Shown here: positions 11,971-24,884 of the stretch, in pieces
How the letters are laid out: each line of letters starts with the position of its first letter
Position numbering within the stretch: position 1 is the stretch's first letter
From: Mustelus asterias
Lineage: Eukaryota
Assembly: GCF_964213995.1 (NCBI RefSeq)
Contig: NC_135806.1
Coordinates: 21,328,001 to 21,392,000, forward strand
Reading direction: 5' to 3'
DNA: 64,000 bases
Notes under the pieces: model-generated
Told to the model about the DNA's origin: nothing
Database searches by the model: none
What the model saw: only the letters and a program-made list of their open reading frames with translations
Program-made: the position numbers and the translations under genes

Positions 11971-13174
11971 AGACGTAAAGAGTCTGAATATTATTGCATT
12001 TTGTGTGATGGTCATTTTGGACAGATTTATGAATAAAGTATATTTTTGGAAAAAAAAGTAACCTCTGATTTAAAATTCCACCAGCACCCAATAACCTTTC
12101 ACTCCATCCCATTTATCAGGAATTGATCTACACCTGCCTAAAAAATACTCAAAAGCTTTTCTTCCACTGCCTTATGAAGCAGGGAGCTCCAAAGGCTCAC
12201 TAACCTCAGAGGAAAGAAATCTCCTCAATTATGTCTGAAATGAGCGACCCGTTAGTGACCCCCCTAGTTCCAGATTCTCCCACAAGAGGAACCATCCTTT
12301 CCATTTCTCTCAAGGCCCTTCAGGATCTTATGTGTTTCAATAGAGTTGCCATTTACTCTTCTAAATTCCAACACAAGCTGGAACCCATCCATTCCAGTTT
12401 TAGTGTGGAAAACATTCTATGTCCAATCTTCTGACTTGCCTCACATCTTTGAGCAATTAGATGCTTTCTCTTTAAGTTCGATACTATCTTGAACTTTTTT
12501 AGTTAACCACAGATGGCGGGATCTCCTCTTGGAATTTTTCTTTCTCATTGGAATGCATCCACTCTGTATATTCGGAAATATCCCCTTAAATGTCTGCCAC
12601 TGCATCCCTATTGACCTGTCCTATAATCTAAATTGCCAGTTCACTTAGCTAGCTCTGCTTTCATGCCCTCATAATTGCTCTCATTCAAGTTTGAAATACG
12701 AATCTTTGATCCACTCTTCTTGCCCTCAAATTGAATGTAAAATTCAATCATATTTTGATTCTTGCTACTGAGGGGTAGTTCAATATGAGGTAATGAACTA
12801 ATCCTATCTCGTTGCATGAAACCAGGTCTAACATAGCCTGCTCTATGGTTGCTCCAGAATGTGCTGTTCTAAGAAACTATCCTAAAAGCTTTCAATGAAT
12901 TCCTCATTTAGGTTACCTTTGCCCATCTGATTTTTCCAGTTTATATTTAGATTGAAATCCCCCATGATAATTGCCATAGCTTTCTGACAAGTTCCCATCT
13001 TTTCTTCTTTGATATCCCATCCTCCCATATGGTGTCTGTTGGAGGGTCTGTAAACCACTCTCACTCGTGACTTCTTGCTTCTATCGTTCCTCATCTCACA
13101 CAAACCACTTCAATATCCTGATTTCCCAAACTTAGCTCATCTTTCTTTAATGTGCGATATCATCTTTAATTAAT

Positions 13175-13305
13175 TTGATTTGATTTGTCATATGTTTTGG
13201 GATACAGTGAAAAGTATTGTTTCTTGCACTCTGGACAGACAAAACATACTGTTCATACAGTACATAGGGAGAAGTGTTACAGTTACAGATAGGGTGAAGA
13301 GAATG
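13175..13305 (-). mobile_element. Rex1/Babar-type 3' tail
   Basis: Reverse strand ends TACTTTTCACTGTATC...TGACAAATCAAATCAAA. The same tail occurs at ~23605-23670 and ~57945-58100. Confidence 0.6.
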
Positions 13306-14139
13306 GGTTGTAATGGGCTAATATTATCTTTAATTAATAGAGCTCCTCCCCCCTCAATTTGTCCTAGATTCCCGTCCTTCCAAAATATCCAAATGTCACA
13401 ATATTCAGATCCCAATCAATGTGAATGTGCAGCCTTGATTCTGTCATGGCTTTCAGATCATATTTATTTATCTCTCTTCCGCCATCAGATCATCTGTTTT
13501 GTTCCGAATGCCACATGTATTCAGATACAGAGCCTTAGGTTTTGTCATTTTTATTATTTTTGTAATCCCTAGCCCGATATGCTGGTTTATTCTTTGCACT
13601 CTCTGTCCCTTCCTGTCACAGTCTATCATTCCTAATATTAATACCTTTCTCTCTGGCCTTGTCTCTACTCTTTGAAATACCACACTTTCCCAAATTTGAT
13701 CCCTTGCCTCCACTATTTAGTTTAAAATCCTCTCTAGTTCCCTAATTATGTGGCTCATTCGAATACTTGTCTCAGTACAGTTCAGGTGTAGGCCCTCCCA
13801 AAGGTACAGACCCCACCTCCTCCAATACTGCTGCTAGTTTCCCACAAACTTGAACACACTTCTCCCACACCAATCTTTGAGCCGTGCATGCATCAGTCTA
13901 ATCGTATTTGCATGTGGCTCATAAGGGATTATTACATTTAAGGTTCTTCTTCTTAATTCAATGCCTATTTCCTCATGCTGAGAATACAGTACCTTGTTCC
14001 TTGTCCTGTCTATGTCATCTGTACCTATGTGGACCAACCCTTCTTCCCGTTCCCACTCTAAATTCCTTAACCCTGAGCAGAGTTCCCAATCTTACACTGT
14101 GTAGGCAAAACTGCCTCTGGATTCTCACTCTTTACAGCA

Positions 14140-14503
14140 GGGCAGCACGGTGGTGGAGTGGTTGGCACTGCTGTCTCACAGCACCATGGACCCAGCCTTG
14201 GCTGACTATCTGTGTAGAGTTTGCATGTTCTCCCATGTCTGTGTGGGTTTCCTCTGCGTTTCCTTTGGACTGTGGGGTTTCCTCCCACAGTCCAAAGATG
14301 TGCAGGTTAGATGGATTGGCCATGCTGAATTGCCCCTCAGTGTCTGAAGATGTGTAGATTAGGTGGATTAGTTGGAGTAAATGCACGGGGTTACGGGGGT
14401 AGGGCAGGGGAGGGCCTGGGAGGGATGCACTTTCAGAGAGTTGGTGCAGACCCGATGGGCCAGGTGGCCTCTTTCTGCTTCTTAGAGATTCTATGGTTCT
14501 ATA
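14140..14503 (+). mobile_element. V-SINE, CR1-type tail A, full length
   Basis: tRNA head, V-domain and a tail ending TTCTATGGTTCTAT. Confidence 0.9.
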
Positions 14504-15127
14504 GAACAGTATTGTTCCCCCTCACTACACTGTCCAATACTATCACCACATTCCCTTGTGTTACCCCCACTTGAATGGCTTCCTACACCTTGGTGCCATT
14601 GTCAGTGTGCTCCCCGACACTGCAGACCTCACTTTCATCCACACAGATTGCGAGCACCCCAAACCTGTTTGACAATTGCAAAACCTGAGGCTTCTCCACT
14701 CCTGTCTGCTCGGTCCATTTACCTGCCTCACTTCCGGTCACATCCTCCTGTCCCTCACCACTGACCAAAGCTGGCAACCCCATTCTAAGAGACGTGGCTG
14801 TCCTCTGGAACACAGTGTCCAGCTATTTCTCCCTCTCCCTGATGTTACAGTTCAGCTTCCAGATCAATAATCCTGATCCAGAATTCCTTTACGTGTTTAC
14901 ACTCTCGACAGACGTTGTCTGCCCTGGATTGCCTTAGCATCCAGAAATTCTCACATCCCACTGCTGCAACATAACAGCTGCCCTAACATTATTACATGTT
15001 CTTTAGTTAATTTAATTTCATCATTTTATGGGCTCTCTCTCTCCAAACATTGCACTGCTTTATGGACTCTCTCTCAATCTCTGAAAGCTTTGCAGCTTTA
15101 CATTCTCTCTCTATATCTCCAAACTCT

Positions 15128-15800
15128 GGGGGCAATTCTCCCACTCCGCCATGCTAGTTTTCTAGCACAGCATGGCGGGAGAATCTCGCATCTGAGCATG
15201 CACACGATTCCCACGTCTTCCCGCCGCACGCGCATCTCCCAGTGCCGGATTTCTGGCGCTGTCAGATCCAGACTAGATACCGGCGGGAACACTAGGTAAA
15301 TAATTTACATCAATTTTTAAATGTTATTTCAATGTGATTACCGGGCCCGGGACTGAATTCTCTGGGCCTGGTAGCCTCTTCCAACCCCCCAGTGTGTTTC
15401 ACTCTAGCGGGGTTTACAGTAGGTCCCTACTTTCGAGGAACGAGCGGGGCGACCCCACTGGAATGAAGGGGGACAGGGGTTGGAGCTGGGCCAGGGAATG
15501 GTTGGGTGGCCGCGATTGGGCCGTGGGAGTTTGGGGGGGGGCAGCACAGCGGGGTCCTGGGCTGGCCAGCAAACATGAGGGTGGCAGTTCGGGGCCACTG
15601 CACGTCGCTGAGTCCCGCTAGTTTCAGCCACCGGGTGGGTATAGGCCCCACCACTGAAATTTAATCATATTGATGCTGGTGGCCTCTGCAGTGCAGAGTG
15701 TGGGAGATTCTAGTCTGAACTCCCACTGAAAAAAACAACGCGAATTACTCCAGTTTTCCCGCAAATTCGACACTTCGAATTTTTTTGGAAGAATCACCCC
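15128..15800. mobile_element. Non-autonomous Harbinger-type element (MITE)
   Basis: Imperfect TIRs GGGGGCAATTCTCC / GGAAGAATCACCCC. Its right end is the reverse complement of the left end of the element at ~42786-43908. Confidence 0.7.
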
Positions 15801-16718
15801 CCCCCCCATGTTGTTTTCTGGCGGTCTCACTCAGTCTCAGAACTTTGTGCCTCTTTTTGTTCTCTCTTTTTATCTCCAAACTAGATGCTACTTTACGGTC
15901 TCTCTCTCTCACTCTTTCTGAACTCTGTGCTGCTTTCTGGGCCTTCTCGCTCTCTGAACTCCCACTGTATGGGCTTGTGAAATGAACGAGTTAGCACACC
16001 TGATGGTGCTTGCTGGAGCCACTCTAAAAATGCGTAAGTTAGATTTTGTGAATTATATTTGCAGGGCTAGGAGGTCAGTGTACTTACAACCTTGCATTAT
16101 CACTGGGCTCTCCTCATTAACACCAATCTGCCAACTTGGCTCTATGGATGAACCAGTAGATTTTGTTCTTTAGCGAGCTGCCTGTCCCTTCACCAGTCCA
16201 ATAGTCTAGGATTCTCTGTTGACTTGTAACTAATGAAAGATGGAAAGATTTCTGCTCAGCTTACATTATTTCAACATTCCCATACAGTGACTGAGATCCA
16301 ATTTCTATTATACTCACCTTTCCCACCCCATACTTTTTTTTTCATTTCTCTTTTTATTTATATCAATTTTTCTTTTGTTTATTTTCATAGGTTAATTTTG
16401 TATACCATGCAAGCCGGGTTGGAGATTTACAATTCGAAAATCAAGTTTGCTCTTCTGAAGCCTTTGTCAAATTTTTGCTTTTGATCTTAATGAGGCAGAT
16501 AGATTGTACATTAAAATGTTGCATGGGAGATTAGATGCAAGTGACAACACATTAAAGAGAGGAACAGAAGAAAAAAAAAATCAGTTGGAGTTATAACTTT
16601 CTATTAGCAAATTATGGTTATGCAACAGCCTGCCAGATTAAGAAGCAAGTGGTACCTATAAAAGATTAAATCAGTTTGAGTTCCATTTTCTTCCACTTGT
16701 TGTTCACAAAATATAATT

Positions 16719-17031
16719 CATAGAATCCTACAGTACAGAAGGTGGCCATTCGGCCCATCGAGTCTGCACTGACCGCAGTCCCACCCAGGCCCTATCCCCA
16801 TAACCCCATGCATTTACCCTGGCAATCCCCCTGACACTAAGGGGCAATTTAGCATGGCCAATCCACCTAACCCACACATCTTTGGACTATGGTAGGAAAC
16901 CGGAGCACCCGGAGGAAACCCAGGCAGACAAGGGGAGAACATGCAAATTCCACACAGACAGTGACCCAAATCAGGAATCGAACCCGGGTCCCTGGCGCTG
17001 TGAGGCAGCAGTGCTAACCACTGTGCTACCC
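16719..17031 (-). mobile_element. V-SINE, tail A
   Basis: Head, V-domain and CR1-type tail on the reverse strand. Confidence 0.9.
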
Positions 17032-18075
17032 ATTAAAAGGTCTTTGTGCTTTGTATTCACAATTTTATTGCTACCATTAGAAAATGGAAGAAAATATACC
17101 CTCCATGTGCAGCTCAATCCGATGATACATTTGTTTAATTAGCACCATGCTCTAGGAAGCTGAGCAACAAGGACACAACTCTAAGACGTGAATCTCATGT
17201 GCAATCCAGTGCCTACATGACCTACTCCAACCTAATGATATTCCAAGTACTGAGAAACGGAAGCACTGATCGACTTGTCACCAGCTACTTAACTACACTA
17301 TCTCCCTAGGTCCTCGAAAGATAGCAGACTTCTGTACATTTGCATCACATGCATGAAAAATGGGCTGTAAATTACTTCCTACCTTGCATTCTGATCAAAT
17401 TAGCCCTGCTACAATTAAAAAAAATATACCTCTTACAAATAACACAAGTGCCTCTGTAAACTGTGGATCCTGCAATATAGAATTCTATATCACTTTTTTT
17501 TTAAATTGCAGTCTAGTCGAAATTTGTAATGAGATAATTGGCTGAAGGTGGGAGAGAAATAAAAAAATACATTGCAGAATCCCTGTCGGGCACAAGGATT
17601 TGGCACAGACACATAAGAAGGATTTCAGAATCTTTGACTGAATACCAGCAGCACAATTCAGAAATAGGATGGTGCAATAAAATGACAAAATTTCTGAAAG
17701 TGAAGAAACAGATTGGCAAACTATTCTCCATCCTCAATAAAAAAAGTTACAATGTCACGATTCATTAATCAGTCACAACCAACAATAAGATTCAAGAGAA
17801 TTTGGAGAATATACATAGCAAACAGGTGGAAAGTGGATTTCCCAAGCTGTAAATGTATTAAACTAATGTAATTAGTTTACTCACAGATGTTCTGATTTAT
17901 TTTATTTACTATTCCAAAGCATGTTATATAAGAACAACTCTGTACTTCTATAGCTCTTTTCACAAGCTTGTCCAGCAGTTTTGTAGTGTAAATATTGTTG
18001 TAATATATGATTGCTTTACTTCTTAAAGGAAAAAGATGATTTTGATTATCGACCATAAAAGGACCTATATTTGTG

Positions 18076-18215
18076 GGTGGCACAGTGATTAACACTGCTG
18101 CCTCACAGCGCCGGGGGCATGATTTGATTCTGGCCTTGGATGACCCGTCTGTGTGGAGTTTGTACATTCTTCCTGTGTTTGTGTGGGTTTCCTCCCACAG
18201 TCTAAAGATGTACAG
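18076..18215 (+). mobile_element. V-SINE 5' fragment
   Basis: tRNA head and partial V-domain. Confidence 0.85.
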
Positions 18216-18746
18216 TGTGTCGTTAATGGGCTGTCACCCCTGTTAATATTTTAATTGGTTTGTTTTTATTTGGTCCAAAATGAGCAATGAACAGTGGATA
18301 CCTGGGAAATTAGGTGGGATGGGAGGAGAGCTGTGCGACCGAATAAGTTAATAAACTCTCTTGGTAAGGGAAAGCTCGGTGTCTTGGCCTCACCATCACC
18401 AATTGCCTTGGATCCTATTAATATCTTTCACTATGACTCTGCAGCATTTTCTTCCTTGGTAAAGACAGATACGAAGCATTAATAGCTCAAACATGCTCTT
18501 TGCCTCCATGCATTAATCTCCTTAATCAATAGATTAAGGAAATCAATTGATAGTCTGAGGGATGGATGTGATTAAGCACTATCATTTTACTATTTATATG
18601 CCTATAGAAGACTTTTTTTTAGGTTAGTTGCCAGTTGCTTTTCATACTCTTTCTTTGCCTCTTTTATTTCCTTTTCCACTTACTCCTTCAGTTGCGCAAT
18701 GGCATTACGACTTGCTTACAAACAGAAGGCAGAGGTCCATAGTCAA

Positions 18747-18919
18747 GGCTGGAATTCTCCAGCCATTCGTGCTGGCAGAATCTTCCAGTTCTGCTGATGT
18801 TGCATCCCTGCCACGGGCTTCCCAGCGGTGTGGGGTGGAATCACCAGGAAAGTCTATTGAACGGTGCATTCCTCCCACCACTGAGAAACATGCGGCGGGG
18901 AAGCCAGAGAATCCTGCCC
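18747..18919. mobile_element. Short Harbinger-type MITE
   Basis: TIR-like ends GGCTGGAATTCTC / GAGAATCCTGCCC, followed by TAA. Confidence 0.6.
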
Positions 18920-19054
18920 TAAATCCTTTGATTGCCAGCCATGACTCAGTTGGTAGCACCCTAACCCCTGAGTCACAGGTTCTGGGTTCAAGTCCAACTC
19001 CAAGGCTTGAGCATAAAAATCAAAGTTGACACTCCCATGCAGTGCTAAGGAAGC

Positions 19055-19207
19055 CATGATGTGGAGATGCCGGCGTTGGACTGGGGTGGCCACGGTAAGA
19101 TGTCTCACAACATCAGGTTAAAATCCATCAGGTTTATTTGGAATCAGAAACTCGTGATTCCAAATAAACCTGTTGGACTTTAATCTGGTGTTGTGAGACG
19201 TCTTAAT
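19055..19207 (-). mobile_element. Penelope-like mini-insertion (tail plus ~55-bp inverted arms)
   Basis: Arms at 19092-19146 and 19155-19209 around the loop GAAACTCG. Diverged TSD GTGCTAAGGAAG / GTACTAAAGAAG. Confidence 0.85.
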
Positions 19208-19356
19208 GTACTAAAGAAGAATGTTGAAAGTGCATCTGCCTGCATGGTTGGATATAAAAGTTTTCATTGGACAATTTTGAAGAAGAACAGGCGAGTTATA
19301 CCCAGTATGCTGGCTAATGTGTATCATTCAAGCAACATCACACAAAAAGAAATATT

Positions 19357-19465
19357 GGGCGCAATCTTACCTTCCATTCACACCATACTCCCACCAGCCA
19401 AATCTCTGCTCACTGCGGCAGGATGGGAAAATCCCGCCAGCGTGAGCGGTGGTAAGATTCCGGCT
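19357..19465. mobile_element. Short Harbinger-type MITE nested in the Deu-SINE
   Basis: TIRs GGGCGCAATCTTACC / GGTAAGATTCCGGCT. Confidence 0.6.
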
Positions 19466-20059
19466 TTTATCTGGACATTATCACATTGCTGTTTGTGGGT
19501 GCTGTGTACATATTACCTTTCATGTTTCCTACATTACAATGGTAACTACACTTCCAAATTGTGCAGTTTGTGACACCTGGTAGTCATGAAAAGAACTACA
19601 TGAATGCAAATGTTTCTGTCCATTTCCCTTTGGTTCAGCCTGGTTTTCATCAATTCCACCTCTGTCATATCCAAGCTTTTTTCTGCTTCCTCTTAATGCT
19701 TTTCATTTTGTCTTCTAGGGAGCTCTGACTTACTTACCCTGCCATTCATGGGGATGGATCTGGACTGTATGAAGCCCGTTGTTCCATTCCAGTTTTTTTC
19801 TGCCAGTCTGATTGCAATTTATCTGGGCCAGACGGATTCTCACCCCACTGAAAAAGACCCTCTTCCAATTCAGTATTTTCACTCTAGATTGCTTCTTGTT
19901 CTTTTCCATTATGTCCCAGAAAGAAGACAGGAAGGAAATATACAGATACCTATGCCAACCTGGCTACTCTATAGATTGCTTTTTTAAAAATGGACAAGGT
20001 TTTATCATGACTCATACCAGAGGAATTTCTAATCTTCAGATAACAGGCAGGGACTTCAT

Positions 20060-20153
20060 TATGCCGTGGATTCGAACCTGGGCCCCCCAGAGCATTACCC
20101 TGGGTCTCTGGATTACTGGTCAAGTGACAATACCACTACGCCACAGCCTCCCC
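20060..20153 (-). mobile_element. 5' head fragment of an L2-tailed tRNA SINE
   Basis: Reverse strand reads GGGAGGCTGTGGCGTAGTGGTATTGTC...GGTTCGAATCC. Confidence 0.7.
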
Positions 20154-20664
20154 TATTTAATTATGGTCTTTGATGCCCTTCTTGCTTGTGTCCTTCCTGG
20201 CTCCTTCAAATGGGTTAGTCTCATCCCTTTTTCATTTGTCCTCAATACTGATAATGGAACCTGATCTCCGGCCATTCACCCTCAGAATGCTCTGCAGCCA
20301 CTCAGTGACATCCTTGACTTGAGCATCACGGAAGCAACGTGCCATCATGGGATAGACTATTCAATACAACATCATCTCACTTGTGTAAGACCTGGTGAAA
20401 TACAGAATGCAACTTTGGCTTGACACAGTCAGGAGAAAGCTGAGGCAGTAGAAAGAGTATTGCACCAATGCACTCAGATGTTGCCTGTTATCAGGAAATA
20501 AAATAGCAAAAAAGGACTTGCTTTTAATATGATGGCATGAATTAAGAAGGGGGTGGATTTGATAGAAGAATTTAAAACTTTGAAAGAATTGTAAAATAGT
20601 TTTCAGTGATGGTGAGCTGCGGAACAAGGGATATTAATACAAGGTTAAATGGAAGAGACTTGGA

Positions 20665-21620
20665 GTTATAGAGTCATCGAAGTTAACAGCATGGAAACAG
20701 GCCCTTCAGCCCAATTTGTCCATGCTGCCCAAATTTTACTGTTGAGCTAGTCCCAATTGCCAGCATTTGGCCCATATCCCGCTATAAAAATCTTACCTAT
20801 GTAATTGTCTAAATGATTTTTAAAAGGCAAAATTGTACCTGCCTCCACGACTATCACCTGGCAGCTCGTTCCAGACAGAGTACAGGAGCAGGGAGGTGTT
20901 GTTGCAATTATACACAGCCTTGGTGAGGGTACACCTAGGATATTGTGTGCAGTTTTGGTCTCCTTTTCTGAGGAAGGATGTTCTTGTTCTCGAGGGAATG
21001 CAGCGAAGGTTTACCAGGCTGATCCCGGGGTAGGCGGGACTGATGTACGAGGAGAGATTGACTCGGTTAGGATTGTTTTCGCTGGAGTTGAGATGAATGA
21101 GGGGGGGGATCTCAGAGAGACTTATAAAATTCTAACAGGACTAGATAGAGTAGATGCAGGGAGAATGTTCCCAATGGCGGGGGAGTCCAGAACCAGGGAT
21201 CAGAGTCTGAGGATTCGGGATAGACCATTTAGGATGGAGATGAGGAGACATTCCTTTACCCAAAGAGTGGTAAGCCTATGGAATTCATTCCCACAGGAAG
21301 TAGTTGATGCCAAAACATTGAATGTATTCAAGAGGTGGCTAGATATAGCATTTGGGGCGAATGGGATCAAAGGTTATAGGGAAAAAGCAGGATTAAGCTA
21401 TTGAATTGGGTGATTAGCCATGATTGTGATGAATGGTGGAGCAGGCTCGAAGGGCCAAATGGCCTCCTCCTGCTCCTATCTTCTATGTTTCTATGTTTCT
21501 CACCACCCTCACTGTGAAAAACTTCCCCCTCTGGACCCTTTTGTATCTCTCCCCTCTCACCTTAAACCTTTGCACTCTAGTTTTAGACTTCCCTACCTTT
21601 GGGAAAAGCTGATCTATACC
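20665..21620 (-). mobile_element. CR1 3' fragment (minus) split by a second CR1
   Basis: Pieces at ~20665-20875 and ~21500-21620 are collinear CR1 3' sequence; a related copy lies at ~50750-50970. Confidence 0.75.
20876..21499 (+). mobile_element. CR1 LINE 3' end (ORF2 C-terminus and 3' UTR)
   Basis: Translates as [19 protein letters not shown]...[10 protein letters not shown] and FTQRVVSLWNS. Tail is (TTCTATGT)n. Confidence 0.9.
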
Positions 21621-22199
21621 CCTAGGACAGAGCAAAAGGTAATCTTCAACAGTGGCTGTGAAGTTGAAAAATGAATTTATTAGTGGAGTTAGTGGTTTAA
21701 GTAAACAATTAAATTGAGATTTTTAAAAGTCAATATTAAATAATAGGTGAGTGAGACAGTTAAAAGTTGGGGTAAGGAGCATCGGACAAGAAGATTGCAA
21801 TAGATTAGAACTACTGCTTATGTGGGGAATAAACACTAATACTGACTGACTGAGCTGTTTGTACAAGCAATTTTCATCCAGGCAGAAGCACAAATCATCT
21901 GTGAGTAAGAAAATTAAAACTCTTGAAAAATATATGAATATGTGCCAGTATAACTAATATGAATCAATAAACAAGATGATTTCAATCTTTCAATCACAAC
22001 ACACATTTTAACGATTTGCCCCTGGTAGAATGAAAGTTTTCGGAATTACATTGATGATAAGCAGCTTTGGTACCATAATGTGAGCTACTTGCCCTACTGA
22101 CCACGATATATGACATGAGATGTCAATCGTCTTTTACAGCACTGGTTCAGGGTCACTGAGTGTGGCTTGGGTTGTTCAGTTAAACCTGTGGTGTGATCA

Positions 22200-22515
22200 T
22201 TGAATTGCTACAGTACAGAAGGAGGCCATTCAGCCCATCAAGTCTGTACTGACCACAATGCCACCCAGGCCCTATTCCCATAACCCCACACATTTACCCT
22301 GCTAATCCCCCTGACACAGGGGTCAATTTAGCATGGCCAATCAACCTAACCCACACATTTTTGGACTGTGGGAGGAAACCAGAGCACCCGGAGGAAACCC
22401 ACGCAGACACGGGGAGAAAGTGTATCCTCTATACAGACAGTGACCGGAGGCCAGAATCGAACCTGGGTCCCTGGCGCTGTGAGGCAAAAATGCTAACCAC
22501 TGTGTCACCGTGCGT
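22200..22515 (-). mobile_element. V-SINE, tail A
   Basis: Head, V-domain and tail on the reverse strand. Confidence 0.9.
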
Positions 22516-24369
22516 TCCCATTACGGGTAAACTACCACTGAGGTAATATTAATTTCTATTTTGTTATAGCATGTCACAAGCTTGCAAGTGATATGGTATT
22601 ATAACAACAGCAACGTTTTGCTGCTCTGTCACCTTGGCACAAAGATACAACAGTGTACATTCTTGTGGTTTTTCCTGTCTGCAAGTTCCTGTATAACGAG
22701 GAGGGAAGGCACATTAATAACTGGTGGCAAGTGTATCCATTCCTTCATTACATTTTAGCAGAATATCTGTAAAAGTGGGAAATAATTTTTTGTTGCCCTT
22801 TTGTTTTACACCAAATGGCAGATTGCTTTGGAGGATCACATTATGCGGTTAGCAGTGATCCTGCTGGTGGGAAATGTGGTTCAAAATTACATTGATATCC
22901 ATGTCATAAGCAACACTAGTGACTTCAGGGCGAGGTTTGAACTGTATTATGTCGTCTTTTTCTTAAATGGGACTCTGTAGTCTAATTAAAGATGCTATCT
23001 ATGTTGTTCAAGGTGGTAATTAAGCACTCACTAGCTCACTGTTAGGAACATCGGTGATTAAAAATATCCATTCATTTTATTCAACTTAGCTTCTGACTAC
23101 AGGAATGATAAAGTTACCAAATAGAATAATTTTCAAAAGGAACTATCGCGAAGGGCTTCAAGCTGGTAATAATGGAATGTGCAATGCAAAAAGACGACAA
23201 TAAATATCCGAGAGAAGAATGTCCACTGTTCCGTGTCGTCTAATTCTGTATCATTTTCTCTGGCTAATACTATTTGTTTACCTTTTGAATTTTCTGGCTG
23301 TATCCATTTCCCCTGACCTCAATAGCTTGCTCCATATTTTCACTGCATTCTGCTAAGCTGTATTTCAATTTAAACTTGAACTTCTCTCCTATGAATGTGA
23401 TTCCATGGTCCCTTGTATTGTACCAACCACTGCTGTTTAAATGGATTTAAATCACAGCCCAAAACATGACAGCAGAGACTGACAGGACATTTTTTTGTTC
23501 CTTTTTAAAACATTATGAAACTTTTGAATTGCAAAAGTATTATAATACATGACAATAACTATACTGTGATGGTCAATGTGAGGGTCAAAAAGACAGATCC
23601 CAATGATTTGATTTGATTTGGATTTGATTTATTATTGTCACCTGTATTAACATACAGTGAAAAGTATTGATGAATCATTGCATTAAAAATACATTTACAT
23701 TACAATACAGCACATAATGGTGACATTTGAAGGTGTAAAAATATTTTACACTTACTTCAGAATATTCCCGATTCCCCAACAAGCTTTCCCCAGTGGTCAT
23801 GAACTCTCCAAGGCAATGCACTTTTTTAGGGATGACAAAATCCACTTTGGCCAACAAAACACGTGCATCGGAGGAAATACGTGTGCGTGCGTGTGCGTGT
23901 ATGTTTTTTTTGCACCCATGGCCCCTATCCAACCCATCAAACAACGACACAGAAATGTATGGGGTCAGGAAGCAGAGGAAATTGTGTTTTCAAGCAAAAA
24001 AATATTTTCCGTGACCCAATTCGCATCTCCACTGGGAACTGGAAATCCGACTCCAACATTAACCCTCGTAAAATTAGAAACACTTAATAAACCTTTGTGT
24101 ATTTTGTACTTGTATATATAATTGCAGATAATAGGAAAGATAATACTGTAACAGTACATTACTGAATTCAATTTGTTGAAATGCTTTGCACAAATTATTA
24201 CATTTGTTTTACCACCGGTGGTGTTACAATTGACTTATACTAATACATCTAAATGACCAAGTTATTCTAGCAATCCACTGGAGGTTTGGGCTTTGTCCAC
24301 AAGTGTGCTCTTCATTTGAATACTGCATATATATCTGTGTGTATGTGGAGTATGTGTGCATATATCTGT

Positions 24370-24640
24370 GTGTCTGCATTGACCACAATCCCATCCAGTC
24401 CCTCTCCCTGTAACCCCACGTATTTCCCTTCCAATCATCTGACACTAAGGGGCAATTTAGCCTGGCCAATTCACCTAACCTGCACATCTTTGGAATGTGA
24501 GAGGAAACCGGTGCACCCGGAGGAAACCCACGTAGGGAGACCGTGCAAACTCCACATAGACAATCACCTATGGCCAGAATTGAACCTAGGTCTCTGGCTC
24601 TGTGAGGCAGCAATGCTAAGCACTGTGCCACCGTGCTGTC
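24370..24640 (-). mobile_element. V-SINE
   Basis: Head and V-domain on the reverse strand. Confidence 0.85.
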
Positions 24641-24689
24641 CCATTTTTGCAAAATTGCGCATTGTTCCAGTCTGTCTTCAAAATATTCT

Positions 24690-24826
24690 GTGCGGGATTT
24701 TCCGCCCGTGTTCGCCCCAAAACTGGAAAATCCTGCCTGAGGTCAAAGGACCTTTGCATGGTCCAACCCCCGACCCCACCCACTCTCTACGATCCCCGTG
24801 GCGGGTGGGACGGGAAAGTTCGCCCC
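24690..24826. mobile_element. Short Harbinger-type MITE
   Basis: Ends GTGCGGGATTTTCC / GGAAAGTTCGCCC. A homologous copy lies at ~39409-39531. Confidence 0.65.
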
Positions 24827-24884
24827 TATTAATTGTATATTTATGGCTAGTTTTAGCAGTCAGTAGGAGACTATCATAGGGTAG

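Larger units (their letters stand above)
12060..16000 (-). mobile_element. Old, internally deleted CR1 LINE retaining probable 5' UTR, ORF1 and endonuclease region
   Basis: Reverse strand carries ORF1 motifs QLSNRFGVL and esterase-like VHIGTDDI, endonuclease motifs LYLNTCGIRNK, GGGALLIK and IMGDFN, and a 3'-end remnant at ~12060-12400. It is interrupted by a Rex1 tail, a SINE and a MITE. Confidence 0.75.
18937..19620 (+). mobile_element. Old Deu-domain SINE (SacSINE1/AmnSINE1-like) with two nested inserts
   Basis: tRNA-like head (CTCAGTTGGTAGCAC...GGGTTCAAGTCC), Deu-like core (CATTATCACATTGCTGTTTGTGGG, TTTCCTACATTACAA) and an L2-type tail remnant. Confidence 0.65.

Noticed and set aside
14140-14220. 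tRNA-like sequences at SINE heads
   Set aside because: They run directly into SINE bodies and lack a complete cloverleaf, so they are not tRNA genes.
18519-18540. 9-bp hairpin TCCTTAATC-AATA-GATTAAGGA
   Set aside because: Short, AT-rich and compatible with chance.
23282-23432. Minus-strand open exon-like segment SGWYNTRDHGITFIGEKFK
   Set aside because: It resembles the CR1 ORF2 C-terminal TRGH motif, so it is probably an old LINE remnant.
23756-23850. Minus-strand consensus donor GAA|GTAAGT
   Set aside because: No convincing acceptor, and no recognisable peptide.
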